From Bilabrum cf. latius (taxonomy: Eukaryota), in the NCBI GenBank assembly GCA_965178125.1, contig OZ237768.1, positions 620,001-684,000 of the forward strand: DNA of 64,000 nucleotides, read 5' to 3'. How positions within the stretch are numbered: the first letter of the stretch is position 1; every line of letters starts with the position of its first letter. This document shows, piece by piece, positions 14,262 to 25,800 of this stretch. The notes beneath the pieces are model-generated. The model saw nothing but the letters and a program-made list of their open reading frames with translations. It made no database searches and was not told where the DNA came from. The position numbers and the translations under genes are program-made.

Positions 14262-17200
14262 ATGTCGGACAATGGCGAGAAATCTGGCAACCAAGCGACC
14301 GATCCTCGTCCTATCAGACGAGTATCGAAGACAGTGTCGATTGATGCGGAATCGCGATCCACAGATATCGATTCAAATATGCATGTGGATGATTCTCAAG
14401 TGGAGCCAGGATCCGGGGCGTACAGAGGCGCTCAAGCATTCGGCAGCGAGCATGCGGCCGTAGCTGCCCACACCGAGCATTCCGCGGCTTACCGCGGTGC
14501 AAGCCTACATCACATTGTTTAGGGCCCAAAGCAGCCAACTAATACATCTCAGACTGCACTCAGTGCATCATCTGGTGAGCCATGTCAAGTTTCTGGGCAT
14601 GGAGAGGATCCGGAACCTGCATCGTCGTAGACTGGCTTGCCCCCACCTGCGTCTGGTGCTGGCAGAGACTCGCCCAGAGCTCCAACAGATCCAGCAGATA
14701 CGGTAGATGAAGATGTTACAAGCACTATGGATGCAGTACCGCCTAGCGCCGACCCAGATACTGCTTCTAGGACTGCTGGCACGACCGAAGGCAGGTAGCC
14801 AGCATTCGAAGCAGCCAAGCGAGTCGTAGCCTTATATCCCTACCAACAGCAGGAGCGAGTAAACAAGCTCGAGGAAGTTGGCGGTCACTTCCTAGGTGAT
14901 GTTTATGAGGCCTTCAAGGGTTTCCCAGAGGTTGACTTGCAGTGGGACCAAGGCTATCCCGTCGCGTTCACGGAAGCAGACGTTAAATCGATCGAAGCCA
15001 GCACAGAGATTGCCTTTGTTGACGTCGGTGGATACGCGGGCGGTATCAAGGCGAGGCATGCAGGCCTAGGTCTCTTTCTTAAGTTCGCATTCGACCACAA
15101 TGGTTTCTACCAGAGCTCGCGCATGGCGGCCAAGGCGGCGAAACGTGAGGCAGCCGCGAGTCGGTGGGTGCATGCGATGGACAGCGTGCACGTATCAACA
15201 CCCTTGCTGGAGTGCGTTGATCTGCCAGTCAATCTTGCGAGTGGTGGTGAGTATGTTGTACGAGTGCAGGTCTTTGCATCTGTCGATGTGCGTGGATACA
15301 GCAATGCCGATCCAAAGTCGTGGAGTAGCACAACAATGCGAGTCGGGTCTTCAGACGGTGCCATGTCCGTCCATGTGGATAAGGAGTAGCTGCAGGACGC
15401 AGTGCTGCCTCTAGCGCGGCACTTCTTCATCCGAAAGTACTCTGACCACGTCGATACAGTGATCGAACACGGATACAATCGCGTTCGTGCGACAACGCAC
15501 GACAGCTCGGAATCGACTGTGTCCGATCCAGCCTAGCCCGACGCTGCAACTGGCAGGTGTGACGGCGATGCAGCTTCAATCGCAGCAGGGGCAGACGTGC
15601 GTGGGTTTGGAGGGTAGGCAGACCCCCTGATTCGCCCCGATGTACTCTTTGAACTCGGGCTAGACGCGCCCAGTCGCGCTGCTATCCAGAGCCTATGTAC
15701 GCCACCTGGTAGCAAGACTGCCAGAGCTGGTCGCGAAGAGAATGATGGCTCCCATAGAGATCTTACATTGAGAGAAAAGGATCTTGCGAAGGCTGTTAAC
15801 GATGCGATCCGTGACAGCGGCGCGGTTCTCGACTACTGCGAGGTCGATGCAGAATGCGTGGATCACGCAGTTCGGGGCTCGGCCGGGTCCTGCTAGTTCT
15901 ATCTGCCCTTCGACGTGGAGCTCCATCAGCTGGACAATGGGCAGCGGATGGTGCTGGACACCCACCGGCTTTTGATACCCGATGTCCCTTGGATTGACTG
16001 GGTCCGCTCGGGGGCCGCGCAGCCTAGGGTCTGGGTGCTCCTGCGTGGGACTACAAGCGTAGTGGATGGCGGCCTTGCCGACGTGCGACCTCTGGGCTGC
16101 GACGGCGAGCTCAATCTTGGCAGTGTGGCTGGCTAGCTAGCGCAGTGGTGGAAGCTAAAATAGCAAGAGGGGTCGCAATTCCCGGCTGCTGAGTTCAAAG
16201 CAAGCAGCCTAGAGCTAGACGCATCGCTGGGCTGCGTCGTCGCTCGAGGAAGAGAGGCCGACGGCAGCCTTGCGGCAATCGCCTGTCTCGCTTGCCCAGA
16301 ATGGTACTACCGAGGTGAACTCAGCGTGACATGTGTCCTCCCGCCGGAGTCAGCGCGCGCCTTGCAAGACTTGACTGGCGGCAGCGATCTCCCGGGCTTA
16401 TGTCCCGATCTGGTGATGGCCGGCGATGCTGCAGCCATGAAGGAGTCCAAAGATGCGATACAGCTGCTGTACTCCAACGCTCGAGATAAGCTCTTGGAGC
16501 GGTATGAGCTGGAGACCATCACGTTGATGTCTACAAACGACGACTACAACCCAGAAACTGATCTCGAGGAGCACCGGAGTGTGTTGAAGCGGACGCTTCA
16601 CGGTGTGGGTATCGGGCTGCGGCACGCGTACTTGCTATTGGAACAGATTGACGATGACGATACCCGGCAGTCCATCATGCGTTCGCTTGCCATTGGAATG
16701 CGGCCGTAGTCTGTGGGGAGTTTTGCTCGAGAAGCATTTGCCTCTCGAATCAAAGAGCAGGCAAGCAAGGCAGGCCCGGCGTGGCAGCACACGCACGATA
16801 GTCTTACGACTCTTGCAGCAGCAGCGCACATGTATGCCTCCAAAGGCCTGCATGGTCTTGATCTTTCCCATTCATTTGAACCATGCCGCACCACTCACGG
16901 CGGCGACGCCAAGCTCATGGTGCCCTTTGATCGAGCTGGCCGGCGCTGCGTAGGCACCGAGCTGGCTTCAGCTGGAGGCATCCGACATCACGATCCAGAG
17001 ACGCACGCGCGATCCCTCATCCATGAGCTGGCACATATTCAAGCGGTAGGTGCTGGCGGCCAGTTTGAAGCGCTGTCCTAGCTGCAGAGCCTGGCGTGGC
17101 TCTCATCTGGCCTAGAGCCACTAAGGCTGTGGTCGGCTGCAACGGCCATGTCTTACGCCATCAGGAAGTCCTAGCTGCGTACGTCAAGGGACGCTACAAA

Positions 17201-18824
17201 GCAGGCTTAGTTGAAGGTTGTGCAGTACGTGCAGAATCTTGCTGGTCTATTGCGGACGAATGGGAAGCCTAAGGAGGCAATTCAGCTCTATGAGGCCTGC
17301 CTTCGGATGCTGAAGAATCTGGGTGAGCCTGCTACTACGAGGCACGCCAGTACCACCTCCGGCATGGCTGACTGCTACACCGCCCTTGGCAGAGTAGACG
17401 AAGCCAAGAAGCTATTCGAAGAGAGCTGTTTCATTCACGAGAACCTAAGTGGGACCCGCAGCTCTGACTACGCACAGGCCAGGCAGGGTGTCGCATCATG
17501 CCTCGAGCAGCTCGGAAAATTCGATGAGTCTGTGGCAATCATGAGGGACTGCATCGATATCCTGTCTTGCACTGTTGGCATCTAGCATCCAAGGTACATC
17601 TGGAGCCTGAAAAGCCTTGCGGGGTTATTGAAGACGAAAGGAAAGTATGCAGAAGCCATGGCGATGCTGGAGGATAATCTAGAGTCTGCCAGGCGCGTAT
17701 TCGGGACGCAGCATGCTATCTACGTGTCGATTAATCGCACCATGGCAACCTGCCTGATTGCGTAGGGCAAGTTTGGTGAGGCGGCCGAATGTCTTCAACG
17801 GAGCCTGGCTACTGAAGAGATTCTCTTTGGGCGGCAGCACCGACGGTTCGCGGGCACTCTGCGCGAAATTGGAGAGTGTTTAAGGCATCTGGGGTAGTAT
17901 GAGGAAGCCATCAAGGTGTTAGAATAGTCACGGGATATCCTCAAGTCAACAGTGGGTCCTCACCACGCTGCCTATGCTAGTACTCTGACAGACCTGGCTG
18001 GCTGCGTTGCCCTAAATGGCGACCATGTAGGCGCGTCCCAAATCATCCAGGAGTGCAGGCAGGTAAATGAGAAGGTGTATGGCTGTAACCACCCCTGGTA
18101 TGCAAACACGCTCAGCAACACTGCCACCCTATTCAACCAACTTGGCAAGTTCAAGGAGGCCCAATCTCTGTTTGAGGAGTGCATTGCCGTGAGGCAAGCA
18201 AGTGGTGGGACAGAGCACCCTGACTTCTCAATCACTCTGGATGCGTAGGCGAGCTGCTATTAGAACCTCGCTCTCTACGACAAAGCAAAGGAAGCCTACG
18301 ATGAATCGCTGCGCATTTGCGAGGCATTCCATGGCAGGGACCACCCCGGCTACATCCACACGGTGGTCAACTATGCTGGACTCTTGCAGCAGCAGGGCAA
18401 GCTGCCAGAGGCGTTGTCAATGTTTGTGTGGTCTAAGGATGCAATGGCGCGCCTGCCAGACCGCAACTGGTCTAACTATGCTACCGTCGTAGGGAATATT
18501 GCTGGTTGTCTGTATCTGCTTGGCAGGCACCTAGAAGCTCTTGAGAGCTACCAGGAGGTTCTGGAAATGCAAAGAGAAGCCCTGGGGGTATTCCACGTCA
18601 GCTTTGAGAGCACGCTGTCAAAGACTCTGTTTGTCTGCCAGTGCTGCAGCAGGGATGGCTAGGCCATCGAATTGCTGTACGGGGTGCTAGACTCCTACGA
18701 GGCAAGCGGCGGCAACAATCACCCCAAGTACAAGAAGCGCCTGGAATAGCTGGTGTTTTTCCTGCGCCGTGCTGGTAGGGAGGACGAAGCGGAGGCGTGG
18801 CAAGAAGTGCTCGCAGCAAATTGA
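14262..18824 (+). CDS. CLU domain + TPR repeat protein, paralog 2 (~1520 aa, TAG=Gln)
   Basis: ATG 14262 to TGA 18822-18824 in one frame with about 21 TAG and no TAA/TGA. Clear homology to paralog 1 (LYPYQQQ, GLFLKFAFD, AAKAAKREAAASRWVHAMDSVHVSTPLL, VELHQLDNGQRMVLDTHRLLIPD), followed by a long TPR array. Confidence 0.87.
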
Positions 18825-18889
18825 GTATCCTTTTAGTGCATTTCTTTGGTGCTGTGTCGTGGACAAGGCACTGGCACAAATTTGAATAC

Positions 18890-21800
18890 CCGGCGCCGTG
18901 AAAGGTCGGATTTGGCCGACCGACCGGTATCGCCGATATCGGTACCTTCAATTCACCTTACCGATTCTCGCGTACCATTCAAGTAATCCTAAAATAATAT
19001 CAAGATATTGAAATTTGTATAAGTTAACTACCGACTGCGAGTGTTACTCATTGATAAACTTGCGATAATAGTATACTTGGTGGTCATGAAACCAAACGCT
19101 CGATTTTCAGGAAGGGCTACTTTGGTACTGCAGAAGTTTGTCCAAGCAGGCATGCTTGCAAAATAAACAAGCTTTTTTGAATTCATTGGTGGTTATATTA
19201 TATATAAGTCTTAGCGCAAAAAAGTTACCGAACGGTTTACAAGATATTGAATCGAATGTGGACCTGCCATGAATTACGTGCTTCGTGACCCGATTCTTGT
19301 GCATCCATCTACTTGGCATTTATATCAACTTAATCTACATCACAGCCAAATTCTGTTTCCAGATGATACAGAGATTCTTTAAAATCCCCACAAATGAACT
19401 TGCAGCAGCGTGAACACACTTTATAGGAAGAAACCGACTAATGATGCTGCCGCTTGCTGCATCTGGAGCCCTTGCACTTGGCGCTGCACCCCACTCCACG
19501 GCTCTTTGATCGTCCGCTACTGAGAACTTTAATCAGTCCTGCTTGGAACTACTCCGTTCCAATCAAATGGAGCGAGCCCAGCAGCGTAGCTACCGCGTGC
19601 TGCTTTCTACATCCAAGGTTCCCGGGGGTCGCCTCCGCACGCATCCCAGCTGAGGTTGCAGCACCGCGAGTTCCTGCACGTGCATGTCGGTAAGGACGCA
19701 TCAATTCGTCATACAACAGCTGCACAAACATACCATGAGCCTGTAGATGCCGCACCATGTGCTAAACCTGTTCCTGAACGGATTTGCTGCTAGCTCCAGC
19801 AGCTTGCCGACGAGTGGGTCCGTGGCGTAGCAGTCGACGTGCCTCCAAGTTGACCCAGATGATGTACGTATTGACGATAACTTGCTCCATTAAACCTTCC
19901 CACACTCTTAAGTATGCCCTAGTCTCTCCCTGGAATGAATTTGTTAGCGAAAGTTGCGTCCGGAACTTGTCAGCTAGATCCACACCCCCCATGTACTTGT
20001 TGTAGAGGACGGACACGAGGGGCGCGTTCACCACACTCAGGTCGCCACCATCTCTCCGTAGCGTCTTTACCAAGCAAACAAAGTACTTCGTAGGAATGTT
20101 AGAAGCCATAAGAAATGGTGCGCGGTCACAGTATCCAAAAACTTGCATCCCAGAAGCTAAATCATCTGGCGAGTCAAAGGCTACTGTCTGGCCAGGGCTC
20201 AACAGGCCCCGACTGCCAAGGTCCTCTTCGGCCAGCAGCGATCCCGCAGGAAGCTCACTCGCATCAAAAACATCACCAGTTGTTACATTACATGAAGATA
20301 CTTTGCTGGACCCAAGAAGAGCGCGCTTCACAGCCTGCCCGCGTTCGCCTGGGGTTCGTCTGTTCAGCTAGCCAATAGCGTGGTACAGCTCACCGCTCAC
20401 TTTGCCTTGGCGAAGCGTGCCAACAACCCAAAGGCCTTTGCTGGTGGCCCAATCACACAGTGGAGCCGATGTAAAGTAGTTGTCCACCGCTAGGAGGCCC
20501 CCGTTCAAGTTTTTGCCCATTGCCATCGACGCAACAGCTGCTGTTTGCAGGTCCATCCGGGTCAGCTACCCGGCAGCGGTGCCGCTGCCGGTTGCTACCT
20601 TATACGAGTACTCAGCCTTCCCCCTGTACTATCGTGTATCATCGGCAACAGATGTTGCTAGATCCAAATGGTACACATACCCGTCTTTTCGTGCAGCTGC
20701 CCATAGCTTAAAGCCATGCGATGTGGGCTTGTTCGGCATGATGACACATGCCCGATTTCGGCCGTACGCCATCACCATCATCTCATCGACGGCGATGCTC
20801 TTTGGGCTCAAAGTAGCCGCACGAAAGTACTTTGAAACTGCATCTAGCATGCCTGGTGGATATTCTATGAGTACCCGCTCGCGAGGACTGCCCACACTCC
20901 CTAGCCTCATTGTGGCGCGCTCCTCCGCCAGCAGGGGTGCCGGAGCCTCCTGCAACCTCCCGGCGAAAGACAAGTTTCGATGGAACCGATTCCAGTCTTG
21001 CACTACGATATCGTCTTTCATGCGCACCAGGAACTACTTTGATTGCAGCAATTCTAAAGGTATCCGGGGTCGAATGAGAGACCGAGTCAATGCCACGGCC
21101 AGGAACATCATCGCAACTGGCATGTCCATTGGTTGGTCGCTGCCGGCTGGCCGGCTGCCTGGCCAGCTACCTCTGCCGCTGCAGTGCCTCGCCACGAAAA
21201 TGCAATATCGAGAGGCACCAGCGAGCACAGAATGCGTATTGGAGATATTGGTTGTTCATGATGGGCCGTCATCCAGCCTTTGACATACTCAGTAGCAGCC
21301 ACATGAGTAGCCGCTGTGCGAGCGATCGGGATCCCATCACCGCCAATCACAACCCGGTCATTCAAGAAGTACCTATATTCAGGCTCATCAACCAACGATG
21401 CAAGTTTGTCCATAGGAAACATACTTTCATATTGCTCTATTCTGCGCCGCTTTGCTTGGTGAGCCTACTGCCTCCTACGATGCTGCACCGGAGGCCGGCT
21501 CAAAGTTGCAGACCGACTGGATACCGGCTCGTCCTCGTCTGAATCGCCGACATAGTCCATATCATCATCGCTGGCCTATGCTTCGCCCAACAAATCACGT
21601 AAATCATCATCTTTTGTCGATTTATTTGCATTGTCCTGTTGCCGTTTACGCTTGGACCCAGCGCGTCGGCTCGAACTGGCCGCATGGGACGGGCTGCTTC
21701 TTGACTACTTGCTAGCAACCGAAACGCTAGATATAGGTTTACAAGATCCCAATGAGAATTTTGGGATTGACTGAGATGCTTCTGCGAAGGCTAAGCACAA

Positions 21801-22785
21801 ATAAGCGATGAAGGCTGATATCAGTGGCCTTGCAGCAACACCGTGCATGGCCAATTCTGCAAAGGACGCAAGCCCGATTGTGGCCCTATTATACCTCTGT
21901 ATAATTATTTAAGCTCGTCCACATCACCATGAAATGATTATTCAACCAACACCTCGTCAAGCATACCACGGATGCATGGATACTGTCAATGAGTGCCACA
22001 TTCGTGGCTTCTGGTGCCTCTGCGGCAGATTGTACGGTACCCCGAAACTAGCCGGCTAGAGCCCATGCAATTCCATCAACCATAACAATACCGTACTCAC
22101 TTTGATCGATGAGCCTGGGTTTGGCGGATTTCTGCTCGTGACGCCGAGACGAGGCACTCCCACCAGGGGCACTTGCACCCCGAGACCCAACTTCGGACGC
22201 GCCGCTGGAGCCACTTTTTCGCCTCTCACTCGTTCTTCTCGCAAACTTAGACGGAATCCTCCACATGATATTGCATTCAATACCCTTGTATCTCAACAGT
22301 AGTGCCAGTGTGTTAAAAGTCTATTGCGCTAAGGTATAAATGCCCTGCAAATTTTGGAACCGTTTGAACCGACGTGTGTTGGAATGGCAGCCAAATTTCG
22401 CTGGATTGCCAATGAATGAGCCTAGCGACCTGATAACATGTTGTCAAATATGTGTTTAACCACTAAATACCAACAGAAACCAAAGAAAAGCTTTTGTGGC
22501 GGCACACGGTGCGTGCATCTGGCACCCCTCGCCAGCGAGTAAAATCTTGGGCTGGGGGTGGTCGCCAAAAATGGTGGTCGCAAGCACGACTCGTTTTCAG
22601 TCTAATGATGCGAATTGCATGGCTCCGTTGGGACTGCATTACATTTAAATGTTATATTAGATATTTTTGCAATGTAAATTTACCCAAGAAATTGGTCCAG
22701 TTCTCAGCAATGGGAGCCTAAAGGCACGATGGTCGCGATTTTGGGACTCGGAATGCCAATAATGGCGGACCTTTCACGGCGCCGG
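18890..22785 (-). mobile_element. piggyBac-like DNA transposon (~3.9 kb) with ATAC target-site duplication
   Basis: Perfect 18-bp TIRs CCGGCGCCGTGAAAGGTC (18890-18907) / GACCTTTCACGGCGCCGG (22768-22785). Flanked by ATAC at 18886-18889 and 22786-22789. Encodes a piggyBac-type DDD transposase. Confidence 0.9.
19330..21848 (-). pseudogene. piggyBac-family transposase (TAG=Gln), interrupted by one frameshift near 21150
   Basis: Motifs AVDEMMVMAYGR, PNKPTSHGFKLW, VDNYFTS, GTLR, YNKYMGGVDLAD (all three catalytic Asp present), an acidic N-terminus and a Cys-rich C-terminus (CSAKC..C..CSRCCKFIC). About 10 in-frame TAG. Ends at TAA 19330-19332. The N-terminal part is in another frame. Confidence 0.82.
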
Positions 22786-22851
22786 ATACTGGACACGAAA
22801 ACCCTTGGATAGTTCTCGATGTTGACTTAGCTAACTTAGATACAATGACGC

Positions 22852-25800
22852 TTACAGTGGATCCAAACGAAATCCAGTCATCGACACCTCTCCCGCCACA
22901 CAGAGGGCCGCAATCGTGAGCACCATACGAGAGGGCAGATCCGGTGGAGGAGCTGCCGCCACGCGCACGATCGCCACCGAAGACCTCCTGTTCCCTGACC
23001 CGCCGCCCATGCCGCTGCTGCGACGGCTCGACACCGCCCCGCGGCCGGAACGTGACTGCGATGCCCCGGCCATTCCCACCCCCACTCCCACGCTGCTGCG
23101 CCGCCTGCCCCTTCTTCCACCTGCACGCGAACCGGACGCACTGCCACCCTCGGCCGTGCCACCGATCTAGCTGGCCTGGCTCGACCGCCTCATGCCTCCA
23201 CTGCCACCCACACCTACACCGCCCGTACCGTCCATCGTCGGATCCACCGGTGGAGCGCAGCCCCAGTCCTGCAGCACCGGCCCAGCCTACCCCCGGAGAT
23301 CCGCTGGCAAGAACGTGGGGCACGCGTTCGAGTCGGCGAGTCTCGCGACCGCCTCCAGAAAATCCGTGAAGGTTAGCGCCGTGTGCACGTACCTCTACGA
23401 GTCCTTGCTACTTCTCCTGAGCTCATCCACCACGGTCATGGATGAAAACACGAACACGAGCCTGCAGTCGCGGTCTGTGAACGGGCCCGTGACCGCGTCT
23501 GCCGCGGCAGCAGGGTCCCAGTCGTCCTCCTTGTTCCCAGACCCATCCCCTCCACCGGTGGACCGCTTGCCCGCGCTGCCCAACCGGCTGCCCCGACCCC
23601 CATTCCCATCCCCAAGCAAAGAAGACAGCTCAGAGGTAGCAGAGCCGCGGCGCCCGCGCCCGGCACGGCTCCCTCCCCCACCCAAGCCAAGGTCGGGGCT
23701 CTCGCGGCCGCCGCTGCCCAGCTCCACCACACGCACACCGCCCGCACCAGAGATTGCACCCCCGGGCCCTGCACGAGATGGGGCCCGCCCGTTGCCTGCT
23801 CCCCGGCGGCCCGTGGAAGCGGCCCGGCGGCGGGTTTTTGCAACAGGACCTGCCCGGCTCCGCCCCCCCCTTTGCATGCCGGGCTGGGACCCCCGCCTCT
23901 CCAGATCCGCTAATCCGGAGCCGGAAACTACGGTACCGGCCCCGTCGGCCAGCGCGTTGATGAGACCCGCCCGATCCACCAGCTGCGTGAACTCCCTGCA
24001 GGTCATGAACCTCTTCGCCTTGTCCTTGTTGCTGTGGCTCTTGCCCGAGTACTTCTAGAAGAGCCTCTGCAAAGGGGCGAGGAACACGCGGAACGTTCTG
24101 TCCACTGCTGGCGCGTACAGCCGCTTCCTCCTGAAGAGGTTGGACCAGGGGTCGTGAAGGGACCGGAGGCCCAGCACGTCCCGCACTGTGGGCAGGATGC
24201 ACGCGTGGAAGAGTTTCTGCACCGATACAGATGGACCGTCGTTGCTATCCGCGGGCGGGAACATGATGAGCGCGAGCCTCAGCACAGCCTCGATGAACTC
24301 GAATCTGCAGAGCGCATGGTCCGGATTGGCTGCATCAGAGACCTCCTCGTAGTTGGACGAGATGAACACCATGTCAAGCTGCACTTCCCTGTCTGCCCTT
24401 TGGATGCTGCACGCGTGTCTGAACATCGTGAACTGGTTCAAAGACATACTGTGGGGATCTGTGACCGAGGAAGAGGCCCAGAACCTGAAGGCCTCCCTGA
24501 GGACAGGGTAGTACTGCCTGAGCCTGCGCTTGACGGACGCCCGCTGCGAATCGTCCCGCACCACCCTGTCCGCCTTTGTCAGCTGCCAATCCGCCTCGAA
24601 GGCACGGGCCAGCAGCGCGGGGGTGTCGAAGAAGCTGCGACCGTCAGACTCCAGCAGTCTGGGCCTGAAGACGCTCCTGCGCAGGCCCCAACCGTGCTTG
24701 CCGTCCTCGTCTTCCCCTTCTCCATCGTGCAGGTGCAGCCGAGCTGCCAGCGCACCCGGGACCCTCGTCTTCTCTGGCCACTCAACCGGGATTGACGCGA
24801 ACACTGTCCTGTGGGCCAGCACCTGGTTGGCCAGCTCCCACAGGGCCTGCACGGCGGACTCACCCACGATCCTAGGCGGACCGTCGCCCGTGTACGCACT
24901 CGTCACACCGGCTGCAGCACCGGGAGGAAACCCGCCTAGGCGAGTCCCAGTCCCAGACCCAGCCCCAGCTGCCCTTGGGCTAGCGCCTGTGCCTCTCTTG
25001 GGGGAAGGGCCTGCCCTGCCAGGCGACTTGCTCTGGTTCCCCTGAATCTGCTTGAGTCTCTCGTTGGCCGACGTACCCGGCCGCACGGCTCCCCACGCCC
25101 CTCCCATAGCCGCGGAGGCATAGGCTGTAGAAACTGGCTTGGCTTCCTTGCCCTTGCCCTTACCCTTGCCTTTGCCTTTCCTTTTCTTCTTTTTAATTTT
25201 CCTGGGCTGCCATGGGTCGTACTTCCGATCTGCGGCTGGGAATGGGTGCTCCTCGGGCCGTTCGCCGCCCCTGCCGCTCACTGCCGTGGGTACCAGCTGC
25301 ATGGACGGAGGCTCCCCGAGCGTGTTCTCGACGGCTAGCTCCGTCAGGCTGGAGTTCCAAGACAATTTTGCCTGGCTGGTTGTTGTTTTGCCAGTGGGAT
25401 GCGTGCTTCCCAACGCAGCGATGAGTGATTTCGTGGCTTCGAACCCCAGGGGATTGAACCCCAGCCGCAGGGCCAGCAGGTGGCGGTTTCGGCGGAGGGC
25501 CGCAGCGAACGCCATCGCGGCAGGTGCCCCAATCTGGTTGCTGGACATGTCTAGCTCCCTCAAGGGGGACAGCAGGCCGGCGGGCTGGTCAGGTTTGCCA
25601 CCTCCACTCACGGACGACGGCGGGCCTCCGCGGGTGTGACGAGTGCCACCCGCGCCGAGGTCGTCCTTCCAGCCGGCCTGGGCCTCTAGGACTGCCGCCC
25701 ACGCGCTCGCCCCCCGGGTCCCAACCCCGTTGAAGGCCAAATGAAGCGACCGAATGGACTACGGCGCCGCAACCAGGGCTGTGGCCTTGATGGTGTGACG

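Noticed and set aside
6843-18824. TAG as Trp via A-to-I editing, as pyrrolysine, or as Leu/Glu/Tyr
   Set aside because: Paralog-aligned positions and the TPR consensus give Gln. U-to-C editing cannot be excluded from DNA alone, but it would be expected to repair TAA/TGA as well.
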